Source: an uncultured virus (IMG/VR IMGVR_UViG_3300025767_000006) (lineage: Duplodnaviria; Heunggongvirae; Uroviricota; Caudoviricetes). From it: 64,000 nucleotides of DNA. Made by a program: the position numbers and the translations under genes. The notes beneath the pieces were generated by a model. The model saw nothing but the letters and a program-made list of their open reading frames with translations. It was not told where the DNA came from and did no database searches. The stretch lies in IMG/VR virus record IMGVR_UViG_3300025767_000006; one strand, 5' to 3'. Position 1 is the stretch's first letter; each line of letters begins with the position of its first letter. Below are positions 25,973-35,853 of the stretch, in pieces.

Positions 25973-26871
25973 TAGATACATTCGAAAAATTTAAACGAGA
26001 ATCTGGTAATGCTATTAGAGTCAAAGTCTATGGCTTTTGTCCTGTAGAAAATATCAAAGGAATTTATGAGACTGAAAGACTACATACTCATCATTATTTA
26101 AAGGGTGATTATACGGTTGTAATTCAAGATGGTCCTAAAACAATCTATATTACAGATTGGGCCGGTACACAATCTCCTCTAGTGTTACCCAGAAATTCTA
26201 CTATTGTAGTAGAAAACAATGCAATTACTTATTGCCGAGAAAACTTTGTCACGTCTAATCTATGTGGATATGCTCCACCAAAAGGCCTCACAGAAAGACA
26301 TGATTATGATGCTTTCTTTTTAGCAATTGAAGAAGCAGTAAAGCTTAGATGCACAGATCGCCCAGTCATTACAATGAGTTCTGGTCATGATAGTGGAGCA
26401 ATTGTTGCAGCAGCAATTAAATTAAATTTAGACTTTGATGTTTTAAGTGTAACAGCAAAAGAAAATAAACCTAGATTGGCCCAACGAGTCAAATACGTTC
26501 AAAATTATACTGATGCAAAGGTTGATGTTATTAGTTTATGGGCACCAACACAAAGTGGTCATGAAGTTGTTGCAACAAATGTTAATGAAGGTCGAATAAT
26601 TCTTTCAGGACTAGGTGCTGATGAAGCTTTATGTACTCAAGACTGGCTACTGTGTGCAGAATTTATAAGAGATTCACGTCCATATTACCTTGAAAAAAAC
26701 CTTGAAGTAAGATATCCTTTATTAGATTTTAAAGTTTATCAGGAATGGAATAGATTAACTCGTGAACTGCGGGGCGGGTTAGTATCAAAGAGACCATTAG
26801 CTAAATATCTAGATAGTTTAAATTTTGATTATGGCAAAGGTTCAAAGATACCATTTGATGTAACTTATTGA
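25969..26871 (+). CDS. Truncated asparagine-synthetase-like (PP-loop) amidoligase
   Basis: SSGHDS, LSGLGADE, EVRYPLLD; lacks the N-terminal Cys glutaminase start. Confidence 0.75.
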   Translation: MIDTFEKFKRESGNAIRVKVYGFCPVENIKGIYETERLHTHHYLKGDYTVVIQDGPKTIYITDWAGTQSPLVLPRNSTIVVENNAITYCRENFVTSNLCGYAPPKGLTERHDYDAFFLAIEEAVKLRCTDRPVITMSSGHDSGAIVAAAIKLNLDFDVLSVTAKENKPRLAQRVKYVQNYTDAKVDVISLWAPTQSGHEVVATNVNEGRIILSGLGADEALCTQDWLLCAEFIRDSRPYYLEKNLEVRYPLLDFKVYQEWNRLTRELRGGLVSKRPLAKYLDSLNFDYGKGSKIPFDVTY

Positions 26872-26997
26872 TATAAGTTATTGATTCTCCTTTAAAATAA
26901 AAATGCACTTTTTTTCAAATTAAGTGCATTTTTTTGTTTACATCTGCTAAAAACAGGTGTATAATATACTTATAAAATGAATTGAGGAGAAATAAAA
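26861..26997 (+). promoter_or_regulatory. Early promoter cassette with tandem IHF-like boxes
   Basis: TAACTTATTGATA 26861-73 and TAAGTTATTGATT 26874-86; inverted repeat from 26901; GTTTACA 26936-42; TATAAT 26960-65. Confidence 0.85.
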
Positions 26998-27246
26998 ATG
27001 ATGAATTATGTAACTAAAAGAGAATATTCAGGAATGAATGCAGATACTTTAGCCGCTATCGGTGTTGATGCAGTAGTTACCTTTAAACAAGCGGTTCGGG
27101 ATCTTGGAATCCCTGGAACCAAACTGAAAGGTTTGAAAGCTTGTGCAAGATTGGTCTTCTTTAAAGAAGATGAAGATGATAATACAAAGAAAAAGCCAAG
27201 ATACTTTAGTGTTTTTGATGTAACTGAAGTTTTGGCTAGGAAATAG
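26998..27246 (+). CDS. Minimal ArdC-N-like (ssDNA-binding/antirestriction) protein
   Basis: N.VT.R.YSG.N...L, TFKQA..LG, KG.K, F.VF pattern. Confidence 0.55.
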   Translation: MMNYVTKREYSGMNADTLAAIGVDAVVTFKQAVRDLGIPGTKLKGLKACARLVFFKEDEDDNTKKKPRYFSVFDVTEVLARK

Positions 27247-27256
27247 AGGAGAATTT

Positions 27257-27778
27257 ATGACAATTTATTTAGATATGGACGGCGTACTAGCCGATTTCTT
27301 CAAAGGTCTTGAAGATTATTATGGTGTAGAACATTGGAAGCAAATTCCAGATATTGAAAATAGTATTCGAAGTCTTAAAAATACAGATTTCTTTTATCAA
27401 CTTCTTCCATTTGAAACTACAACACGTTTAGTTAATTATGTTCTGTCAGCCGGTGATGACTGGGGAATTTGTTCTTCTCCACTTCGAGATGACTTTGCTA
27501 ATAGTAGTTATTGGAAACGTCGTTGGTTAGAAGATTATAATATTACACCAGCAATCAGTAAAATGATTTTTACTAATAGTAAACACAAATTTGCTACTAA
27601 TAAGATTGATGGTACTCCAAATATCTTAATTGACGATAAACCATCGAACATTGCCGAATGGGAATTACACGGTGGTATTGGTATTAGATATCAAGCAAAT
27701 CAAGATGATTTTGAAGAATATCTAATACCTGCAATTGATCAAGCTATTGATCTGGCTGACAAAGTAAAATTTGTATAG
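27257..27778 (+). CDS. HAD 5'(3')-deoxyribonucleotidase
   Basis: YLDMDGVLADF, K..WL, ILIDDK..N. Confidence 0.9.
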   Translation: MTIYLDMDGVLADFFKGLEDYYGVEHWKQIPDIENSIRSLKNTDFFYQLLPFETTTRLVNYVLSAGDDWGICSSPLRDDFANSSYWKRRWLEDYNITPAISKMIFTNSKHKFATNKIDGTPNILIDDKPSNIAEWELHGGIGIRYQANQDDFEEYLIPAIDQAIDLADKVKFV

Positions 27779-27849
27779 ATAATAAGGATTGAGTGAATAC
27801 CTTTTGAAATGAGTTTAGTTATGAACCAAAACAATTTTCAGGAGTTCAC

Positions 27850-28185
27850 ATGGCTAACGAAACAAAAACTATCGATGCCAAAGCAGTAGAAGGTATTGAT
27901 GCTAATGGTGACGGACACATCTCTGCAGAAGAGATGGCGATGCATTTGGAATTTAAAAGAAAAGAATTGGAAGATAAAGACGCACAAAGAGATGCTATTA
28001 GGAAAATGGCATGGTTCTCCCTTATTGGATTGCTACTCTATCCTCTTGGTATCTTTGTTACTTCTTGGTTGGGTTTAGATAAAGCTGCAAATCTAATTGC
28101 AGATATTGCACCAACCTACTTTGCTTCTATTGCAGTATTAGTATCAGCATTTTTTGGCGCAGACGCATTGGCAAATAAAAAATAG
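27850..28185 (+). CDS. Membrane protein with EF-hand-like loop and two TMs (holin-like)
   Basis: DANGDGHISAEE; two hydrophobic helices. Confidence 0.65.
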   Translation: MANETKTIDAKAVEGIDANGDGHISAEEMAMHLEFKRKELEDKDAQRDAIRKMAWFSLIGLLLYPLGIFVTSWLGLDKAANLIADIAPTYFASIAVLVSAFFGADALANKK

Positions 28186-28193
28186 GAAACTAA

Positions 28194-28976
28194 ATGGCAC
28201 AGTTGATTTATCAAGTGTACGTGGGGAAACGTTCACGACTATATGATTGGTGCACAAAATCAGTTAAAGAATACGCGGAGCGGATTGGTGCTGACTATAT
28301 TTGTCAAACCCAACCGCTTTTGCGTATTAAACCTGATATATTCACAACAAATAGATCAGTCGAATCATATGAAAAACATGGTGGATTCTTACCAATCTAC
28401 GAAAAAGAAAACGCGTTTGCGCACTTTGATAAGTATGACCAAATTGCTATTATTGATGCTGACATTTACATTCGCGATACCGCGCCTGATATCTTTTTTG
28501 AATTAGAAGCAGAATACGATTTTGGAGCAGTTGTTGAAGCAAGTATGCCAATGACACCAGAATATAGAGCAAAAATTCTTAATTACTCTGCAATGCAATA
28601 TAGTTCTCTTAAAATAGATTGGGAGTACAACGATCAAACTGGATTTCCATTTATGAATATGGGTCTTATGGTATTGAATAAGAATAACTTTGCTAAATAT
28701 CTAAATGGTCAAACTCCTTATGATTTTATTATGAGACAAGAATTTAAAATGTTTATTGATGGATTGGGTCCATGGAAATGGTCAACAGATCAAACATTAT
28801 TAAATTATTGGGTTCGTAAAGAACAAATGAATATTAAAAAAATGGATTGGAAATGGAATGCTCTATATTCAGCTTGCACAAGAATAAAAGAAGCGCATTT
28901 TGTTCATTTTTTCCTTAAAGATAAATTGCCTAATCGTGGAGAAAACATAGAACAACTAAGGAAGGATATTCTATGA
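28194..28976 (+). CDS. GT-A glycosyltransferase (GT8/GT34-like)
   Basis: IIDADI, NMGLMV, DQTLLN, WNA, FVHF. Confidence 0.85.
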   Translation: MAQLIYQVYVGKRSRLYDWCTKSVKEYAERIGADYICQTQPLLRIKPDIFTTNRSVESYEKHGGFLPIYEKENAFAHFDKYDQIAIIDADIYIRDTAPDIFFELEAEYDFGAVVEASMPMTPEYRAKILNYSAMQYSSLKIDWEYNDQTGFPFMNMGLMVLNKNNFAKYLNGQTPYDFIMRQEFKMFIDGLGPWKWSTDQTLLNYWVRKEQMNIKKMDWKWNALYSACTRIKEAHFVHFFLKDKLPNRGENIEQLRKDIL

Positions 28977-29314
28977 AACTAAATATTAATGATATTGGTG
29001 GTGAAATTGTTAAACAAGATGATCGCTATACGGTAATAGATAATAAGACTCTAAATAATTTAGTCGTAAGTAGCACAGATCTAAAACCAAATAAAAGTAC
29101 AAGTGGTCACGCGCATGTGGGTCAAGAAGAAGTTTATCAATTTATTAGTGGTAGTGGTAAGATCGAACTAATTGATTTAAATGGTAAACACCATGATCAA
29201 GAGGTTTATCCAAACGATCTTGTTTTGATTCCAGATGGTTGGTTTCATAGAGTATATGCTTACGACGATGGGATTTATTTTGTTTGTGTATTTGATGGTA
29301 GGAGAACACACTAA
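28973..29314 (+). CDS. Cupin (mannose-6-P-isomerase-like)
   Basis: GHAH..QEEVY.FISG.G, IPDG.FHRV. Confidence 0.85.
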   Translation: MKLNINDIGGEIVKQDDRYTVIDNKTLNNLVVSSTDLKPNKSTSGHAHVGQEEVYQFISGSGKIELIDLNGKHHDQEVYPNDLVLIPDGWFHRVYAYDDGIYFVCVFDGRRTH

Positions 29315-29574
29315 TGGATAAAAATCTTATGATTGATCCAACTCCGGCTGGTTGGGCTTATGGTTTTCCAAAAGCTTTGCCTAAAAATGCTGTTGGTGGA
29401 ACTGGTAACGATTTATATATTTTAGCCGATTTTGATTTAACTAAATGGATTGTTGAACAGGGATATCCAGAAGAAAATTTCCAATATTATAAAACATGGG
29501 TTGAACCAAAAGATCCAAGGAACCCAGATTATGATCCAGATATTCATGGTGGTGGAGTAGAATCTTTTAAATGA
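29314..29574 (+). CDS. Hypothetical protein
   Basis: IDP...GW.YGFPK, GYP motif. Confidence 0.7.
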   Translation: MDKNLMIDPTPAGWAYGFPKALPKNAVGGTGNDLYILADFDLTKWIVEQGYPEENFQYYKTWVEPKDPRNPDYDPDIHGGGVESFK

Positions 29575-30362
29575 AGAATTTAATTTATCAATTTTGGGAA
29601 GGCAATTTAAGTACTGGTAATGCTGCTGGTGTACAGCTTATGGAAGAATACTCAAAAAGAATTGGAGTTGAATATGTCTTCGAACAAAACCCAACTTGGC
29701 CAAAAGAAGCCAGAGTTCAAAGAAAAAACTTGGGAAGGTACAACCCTCACTACGGTGCCTTTAAGCCGATCTTTGATTTGTCTTTTGATGATTACGATAA
29801 TATTTTGTTTTGTGACACTGATGTAGTTCCCGTTGATATTTGTAATAAAAACATTTTTGAAGAATTCGATAAAGAGATTGGTATCTGCGAAGAATGGATG
29901 CAACCTAGTTTAAGAACTAAACACAACATGGGTGGTATCAATAACGCTAATGATAATCGTTGGTACGATGTCATTCAAAAAAATTATGGTTTCGAATTGT
30001 ATCGAGATAGCGTTGGTCGTCCTCGAGTTTTTAATAGTGGTATGGTTCTCTATTCTAAAGAAGGTAGAGAAAAAGCTAGACAGTGCTTTAAAGACTTTAA
30101 ACAATATTGTGATCTAATGTCTAGATCTGGTCTCCCACCATTTTATCAGGGAGATCAAAACTATTTAAATGCAATGTTGCCTCAATTTGATTGGCAGTTA
30201 ATGGATTATAAATGGAATAGTCAGATCTTTTTTAGGCCAGACACGAATGGCGATAATAGACCTATAAATGATTATAGGGAACAGCCTTGTTTTGTACACG
30301 TTCAACTACGAGGTGCAGATAATTATGATATTAGTAGATTAAGGAAAGTAGTAAATGATTAA
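29571..30362 (+). CDS. GT-A glycosyltransferase
   Basis: FCDTDV, FNSGMV, DQNYLN, KWN, VH. Confidence 0.85.
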   Translation: MKNLIYQFWEGNLSTGNAAGVQLMEEYSKRIGVEYVFEQNPTWPKEARVQRKNLGRYNPHYGAFKPIFDLSFDDYDNILFCDTDVVPVDICNKNIFEEFDKEIGICEEWMQPSLRTKHNMGGINNANDNRWYDVIQKNYGFELYRDSVGRPRVFNSGMVLYSKEGREKARQCFKDFKQYCDLMSRSGLPPFYQGDQNYLNAMLPQFDWQLMDYKWNSQIFFRPDTNGDNRPINDYREQPCFVHVQLRGADNYDISRLRKVVND

Positions 30363-30927
30363 CGCGAAACTAGATCACTGTAAAACACTAGAAGAGTTTT
30401 ATATTTCAATTCGTGATCAGCAAGAAGAAGCACATGGAATTGATTATTGTGAACAACACGATGCTTTGATGAAATATGCTTCAGATTGTAAAACATATGC
30501 AGAGTTAGGTACTCATCAAGGTGGTACTTTAGCTTGTGCTTTATTAGCTGGGTTTAAATACGTTGAAGCTATTGATGTTGATATGAGTAGATATCGTAAA
30601 TTTCTTCAACCACTTGCTGAAGAATACGTAAAAGAAAATAAAATTGTTTTTAAAATTAAAGAAATGGATTCGGGTTCTTTAGAGTCTATTGGACCTAGTG
30701 TTGATATGTTACTTATTGATTCATATCATAAAGCATATCATATGCAACGTGAATTGAGTGTTCATAGTAAAAGAGTTAATAAGTATATTATTGCGCATGA
30801 TACTCGTTTACCAAATACTGAACTTGATCAATGTTTAACAGACTTTTGCTTCAATAATCCAGGATGGAAAGTGATTGAACGTGGTGAAGCAAATGTTGGA
30901 TATATGGTATTGAAAAAAGATGTCTAA
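30355..30927 (+). CDS. Class I SAM methyltransferase (Methyltransf_24-like)
   Basis: ELGTHQG, DMLLIDSYH, IIAHDT. Confidence 0.85.
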   Translation: MINAKLDHCKTLEEFYISIRDQQEEAHGIDYCEQHDALMKYASDCKTYAELGTHQGGTLACALLAGFKYVEAIDVDMSRYRKFLQPLAEEYVKENKIVFKIKEMDSGSLESIGPSVDMLLIDSYHKAYHMQRELSVHSKRVNKYIIAHDTRLPNTELDQCLTDFCFNNPGWKVIERGEANVGYMVLKKDV

Positions 30928-31597
30928 TATTATTTTACAACACTTTGACGGTGACCTTAGACCATTAGATAAATTGTCTATAGAAAACATTCAAGCATAC
31001 GCTGAAATGGTTGGTGCTGAATATAGATTAATTACTGGTAAACCATTTAGAAAACATTTAACTTCTCCTTGTCAAAAAGTTTATATGATTGATGAAGAGT
31101 TTGATAAATATGACGATGTTTTAATGCTTGATATTGATATGTTTGCGCCGAAAGGTATGACCGAAAATGTCTTTGAGAAAAATGGTATAGGATTATATGG
31201 TGATGTTCAAAAAAGACTTCACCAACGAATTGTCTCTCAGTATCCAATGTTAGCTAGTAATGATAAGCCATACTGGGGTGGTGCAATCTATAAAATGGAT
31301 TTACCGTTAAGACAAAGACTAAGAAAACAACTTGGTGGCAACGAAAATTGGATGAATAATTATAATCAACCATATCATTATGAAGATGAAGGAATTTTTC
31401 ATACACTTATGGTTTTTGGCTCAATCTATCTTGCAGACAAAGATAAATACTTAGACAATAAATGGTGTCAATGTTCTTTCTTGCCAAATCCTGAAAAAGC
31501 TGGTTTTATTCATATTAGGACTAAGGTTACACCACAAGGTCCAAAAAGAGAAAAAATAGAAAACTATCAAGCATTGGTTGATCAAGGAATTTTATAA
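30920..31597 (+). CDS. GT-A glycosyltransferase
   Basis: YA..VGAEY, MLDIDM, DEG, FIH. Confidence 0.8.
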   Translation: MSNIILQHFDGDLRPLDKLSIENIQAYAEMVGAEYRLITGKPFRKHLTSPCQKVYMIDEEFDKYDDVLMLDIDMFAPKGMTENVFEKNGIGLYGDVQKRLHQRIVSQYPMLASNDKPYWGGAIYKMDLPLRQRLRKQLGGNENWMNNYNQPYHYEDEGIFHTLMVFGSIYLADKDKYLDNKWCQCSFLPNPEKAGFIHIRTKVTPQGPKREKIENYQALVDQGIL

Positions 31598-32313
31598 TGA
31601 AAACGTTTTACTGGGGTGATGTTCCTCAAAACTTTGGGGATGTACTTACAGCAAATATTTTAAATCATTATGGTATTAAGTTCAAACACACCAATAAACA
31701 AGACCAAGCAAATTTCTTTGCAACTGGCTCTATTATAAGGTTAGCACAAAATGGAGCTACTATTCTTGGATCAGGCTGTATTCGTGAAAATGAAGATCTT
31801 GATCGATCTAACATTTATCGGTTTGTCAGAGGTCCAATCACTCGCGATCGTATTCTAAAATGTGGTGGTGAGTGTCCTGAGATTTACGGAGACCCCGCTT
31901 TATTATTGCCAAGGTTTATCCCACCAGTAGAAAAAAGACATGAGGTAGGATTTATCCCACACTATTCTCATCGGAATAAATATACAAAGGAATTAGCAAA
32001 AACAAATGGTTGGCACTATATCGATTTAGTAGATGATAATCCAGTAAATCCGGCACAGGAAATTTCATCTTGTGTAACTATCATGTCAACAAGTTTACAT
32101 GGGATTATTGCTGCTCATGCCTATGGTATCCCAGCTGCTCATGTAACAACAACGAATACATGTCAACTCTGGGGAGATGGCACGAAGTTTTTAGATTATT
32201 ATGCATCTGTTGGATTGATACATAAACTATACGGAACAGATAATGCTAGGTTTGAGTTAGGTACACTTCCAGATCTAGATGTTATAGAAGGGATATTCAA
32301 AGAATATGTTTAA
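31597..32313 (+). CDS. Polysaccharide pyruvyl transferase (ExoV-like)
   Basis: NFGD, GSI, VRGP.T, GDPALL, IPH, SLHG.I.A.AYGIP, KF.DY. Confidence 0.9.
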   Translation: MKTFYWGDVPQNFGDVLTANILNHYGIKFKHTNKQDQANFFATGSIIRLAQNGATILGSGCIRENEDLDRSNIYRFVRGPITRDRILKCGGECPEIYGDPALLLPRFIPPVEKRHEVGFIPHYSHRNKYTKELAKTNGWHYIDLVDDNPVNPAQEISSCVTIMSTSLHGIIAAHAYGIPAAHVTTTNTCQLWGDGTKFLDYYASVGLIHKLYGTDNARFELGTLPDLDVIEGIFKEYV

Positions 32314-33130
32314 CTATCTAATTGATAAAATCAATGATGCTTCATTTATTGAGGAGCCATTTAGATTTGTTTATTTGGAAAATTTTTTGAGTGATTACCA
32401 TTTAGATATTATCACTAATAATGCTCAAATTAAGTTTCCAGAATTTCCTTCTGTTGAAGGAATGATCGAATATCTACGTTATCAAGGATATAAACCTCAA
32501 CCATTTCCTGGTTGCACAACAGACGAACAAGCTTATATTCAATGGGCTAGTACTGGCACTGGCGTAAAACCTTCTCATGCTCATGGTTTGATCGAAGGTT
32601 TTGGTATGGCATATCGTATGCAAACTTTTAAAACTCAGTTTATTGAAGACCTTATGACATTTTTGAATTCAAAGGAATTCTTATCTTGTATTCGAGATAA
32701 GTTTGGTATTAGTGATAATGTCTATGTAGAAACAGCTATTCAAAAATATTTGACAGGTTATGAAATTAGTCCACATCCAGACATTCGTAAGAAAGCACTT
32801 ACGTATATGTTAAATATTAACCCAAGGCCTGTTGAAGGATGCGGGACTTACTTTATGAAGTTTAAACCAGAATGGGAACACATCTATGATTTTTGGAAGA
32901 GTGAATCTCGAGTAGATCGGTGTTGGGTACCTTGGGATTGGTGCGATACAGTGTTTACACAATTAGAAAATAACTCTATTACTATCTTTGCTCCTGGCGA
33001 TAAATCTTTGCACGCAGTAAAATTAAATTACGACCATTTAAAAACTCAGAGGACTCAAGTATACGGAAACTTATGGTGGAACAATAAGCCAAAAGTTGCT
33101 CCTCTTACTTGGCAGCAATTTGCACAATGA
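32306..33130 (+). CDS. 2OG-Fe(II) oxygenase
   Basis: EPF, GY.I.PHPD, LHAV, R..VYGN. Confidence 0.8.
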   Translation: MFNYLIDKINDASFIEEPFRFVYLENFLSDYHLDIITNNAQIKFPEFPSVEGMIEYLRYQGYKPQPFPGCTTDEQAYIQWASTGTGVKPSHAHGLIEGFGMAYRMQTFKTQFIEDLMTFLNSKEFLSCIRDKFGISDNVYVETAIQKYLTGYEISPHPDIRKKALTYMLNINPRPVEGCGTYFMKFKPEWEHIYDFWKSESRVDRCWVPWDWCDTVFTQLENNSITIFAPGDKSLHAVKLNYDHLKTQRTQVYGNLWWNNKPKVAPLTWQQFAQ

Positions 33131-33825
33131 AAGCATTTATAATTAGAATAAAAGATGATATAGCATCTGAAAAAGCGGCAAAAGCTTTAGTGGAATCATG
33201 CCCAGATAAGCATATTGAATTTAGAATGTTCGATGCTATTACTCCAAACTTAGTTGATATTGTTATGAGTCATGTAAATCTTAAATGGAACTACCCATGG
33301 ACTGGAAATCAAATGGATTTTCGATCTGGATTACTTAAAAGTGCGTATCCAACAGCTGTGCCAAATAAAAGAATTGGATGTTTTTTATCCCATTACAAGT
33401 TATGGCAGTCTTGTGTTGCGTATGATGAGCCTATTATTATTCATGAGCATGATGCTTTTTATTTAGATAAATTACCAGTAAAAGATTTACGCAAATCTCG
33501 ATACGATATTATTGGATTTAATAGTCCTTTTGGTGCAACTAGAAGATCTTCGGATTATCATGATGTTGTTATTAATTCAACAGATGATGATTGTGGTGTA
33601 GTAAGAGCTCCAAAGATTGATGCAGATAATATCCCACAAGGTATTGCTGGTAATTCAAGCTATTATATTAAACCAAAGGGTGCACAAAAGTTGATAGATC
33701 TTGCGATATATTATGGCGCATGGCCTAATGACGCATTGATGTGTAGACAACTTATAAGTACTCTTGGACAAACAAAAAAATATTATGCAACGACACAAAA
33801 TTTAGAGAGCACTACTTCATTATGA
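33127..33825 (+). CDS. GT25-family glycosyltransferase
   Basis: FDAI, IGCFLSHY.LW, HEHDA, YYI.P.GA.KL. Confidence 0.85.
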   Translation: MKAFIIRIKDDIASEKAAKALVESCPDKHIEFRMFDAITPNLVDIVMSHVNLKWNYPWTGNQMDFRSGLLKSAYPTAVPNKRIGCFLSHYKLWQSCVAYDEPIIIHEHDAFYLDKLPVKDLRKSRYDIIGFNSPFGATRRSSDYHDVVINSTDDDCGVVRAPKIDADNIPQGIAGNSSYYIKPKGAQKLIDLAIYYGAWPNDALMCRQLISTLGQTKKYYATTQNLESTTSL

Positions 33826-34472
33826 GAGCATTTGTAATTACTATTGAAGATATTCCAGAATCTGTACAATCAGCTAACTTATGTATTTCTTCTGCTAAAC
33901 GTAGAGGTGTTGAAGTTAATAAATGGAAAGCTGTTACGCCAAGAAATACTAATGTGATGGCGGCTGCTAAAAGTCTTGATATTCCATTATCGCATTTTAC
34001 TGAAAAATATAGCAGATATCCTCAAGTAATTGCAGCGTTTTTATCGCACTATGGATTATGGAAATATTCTTTTGAGAATAAAGAATCAGTACTCATTTTA
34101 GAACATGACGCTTGGTTTGTAGATGGCTTACCAGATGAAAGATTAATGGGTAATATTGTAAACCTTGGTAAACCATCTTATGGTAAATATGCAACACCAG
34201 CATGGATTGGTGAACGTCCACTCTTTTCAAAAGACTATTTGCCCGGTGCCCATGCGTATAAAGTAACACCAAAGGGCGCAGAAATACTAATGTATAGAGC
34301 TACTATTGATGCTGGTCCAACAGATCTTTTTATACATAAACAAAGATTTCAAAATTTAATTACTGAATATTATCCATGGCCAATTGAAGCTAGAGATAAT
34401 TTTACAACTATTCAAAATCCTAATGGCTGCGGTGCGAAACATAATTATGACGAAAACTACAAAATCATATAA
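33822..34472 (+). CDS. GT25-family glycosyltransferase
   Basis: AFLSHY.LW, ILEHDA, GAHAY.VTP.GA. Confidence 0.85.
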   Translation: MRAFVITIEDIPESVQSANLCISSAKRRGVEVNKWKAVTPRNTNVMAAAKSLDIPLSHFTEKYSRYPQVIAAFLSHYGLWKYSFENKESVLILEHDAWFVDGLPDERLMGNIVNLGKPSYGKYATPAWIGERPLFSKDYLPGAHAYKVTPKGAEILMYRATIDAGPTDLFIHKQRFQNLITEYYPWPIEARDNFTTIQNPNGCGAKHNYDENYKII

Positions 34473-35097
34473 TACAGCATTTTTAACTGGTTGTGATGAA
34501 AAAACTGAATGGCAACTTCCATGGTTTGTTGAAAACTATAAGAAGTATAATGATACTCCTTTAGTGTTTGCTGACTTTGGAGTAAAAAACTTAGATTTTG
34601 TAAGAGAACATTTTCATGCTATTTTAGATCTTACTCAATTAACTGAAGCTGGTTGGTTTAAAAAACCTAAAGCAATGCTACATTGCCCATCAATAAAAAC
34701 TGTTTGGCTAGATACTGATATCGAAGTATTAGATAATATTTCTAATATTTTTGATTTATTAGTACCAAATAAGCTAAATATGTGTGAAGATAAACCATGG
34801 AGTCGTAGGAGACATGAGTGTTGGTATAATTCTGGTGTTGTTGGTTTTATTAATAAACCAAAAATCTTACATTGGTGGGCTCAAGAAGTATTTCAACATC
34901 CACGGGTTGGCGACCAAGAAGTACTTCACGGTATGCTAGATCCACTTAGTCAACTCACATATATAAATCCATTACCACAAGAATATAATTGGCTCAGATT
35001 GCAATTGTTTGATGGGTTTGATAGTGATAAAAAGAAATTAATGCATTGGACTGGCGGCAAAGGTAATGACGTCATTAGGGAGAAAATGGGTGCCTAG
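34447..35097 (+). CDS. GT-A glycosyltransferase (GT8/GT77-like)
   Basis: WF.KP.A, WLDTD, NSGV, GDQEVL, EYN, HW.G. Confidence 0.85.
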   Translation: MTKTTKSYNTAFLTGCDEKTEWQLPWFVENYKKYNDTPLVFADFGVKNLDFVREHFHAILDLTQLTEAGWFKKPKAMLHCPSIKTVWLDTDIEVLDNISNIFDLLVPNKLNMCEDKPWSRRRHECWYNSGVVGFINKPKILHWWAQEVFQHPRVGDQEVLHGMLDPLSQLTYINPLPQEYNWLRLQLFDGFDSDKKKLMHWTGGKGNDVIREKMGA

Positions 35098-35788
35098 AGT
35101 AGTTCATATTATTGGAAATGGAGATAATGCTAGTCTTTTCTTAAGAGAAGAAAGAAAAGGTCTTAAAATTGCATGTAACCAAACGCCATTTCCAATTGAA
35201 GATAAATTTGCAACAGCAATGGTTGACTTTAAATTTATGGCAGCAATGATGAGAGGATCTGTAAAAGTTGATGGTAAATGGATTTGTGGATTTAGACCTA
35301 AAAAGTTTTTAGAAGATCATCCAATGTATCATATGAAAGTTGCATCTCAAATAAAAGAATTTTATGATGTTCTTCCAAAATATGCTATTCCTCCAGGTGG
35401 TAATGTTGGTGTTGGATTTACAAACTTTAATTGTGGTCATGTAGCAACACACTATGCCTGCAATAGAATTAAACCTGATATAGTTCATATGTATGGGTTT
35501 GACTCTATTTTTGATTTTAATATGAGAAGTTTTTCTGATTTAGTATTAGCATCCGATCGAGGTAATACAAATAATAATAGATTAGCTGGATTTTGGAGAC
35601 CAATTTGGACAAGTATGTGGAATGAATTTCCTAATACACAATTTATTCTTCATCACACGCATAATAAATTTAAAGTATTACATGGTGATAATGTATCTTG
35701 TAAGGTATATTCACCACTCAAAGAGTCTGAAAAAATCAATTTTGATAAAAATGGCCTGCCAAAAATGGACAATATTACTGAAGCTTAG
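35090..35788 (+). CDS. Sialyltransferase/MAF-like transferase-fold protein
   Basis: GTG 35090; IIGNG, IACN, NCGH.A, HMYGFD. Confidence 0.6.
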   Translation: MPRVVHIIGNGDNASLFLREERKGLKIACNQTPFPIEDKFATAMVDFKFMAAMMRGSVKVDGKWICGFRPKKFLEDHPMYHMKVASQIKEFYDVLPKYAIPPGGNVGVGFTNFNCGHVATHYACNRIKPDIVHMYGFDSIFDFNMRSFSDLVLASDRGNTNNNRLAGFWRPIWTSMWNEFPNTQFILHHTHNKFKVLHGDNVSCKVYSPLKESEKINFDKNGLPKMDNITEA

Positions 35789-35799
35789 TGCATAAAAGT

Positions 35800-35829
35800 G
35801 TTTACAAACCGATTTAATTAGTGTATAAT
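35800..35829 (+). promoter_or_regulatory. Early promoter
   Basis: GTTTACA-17nt-TATAAT. Confidence 0.75.
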
Positions 35830-35853
35830 AATACTATCAAATCGGAGAACAAC

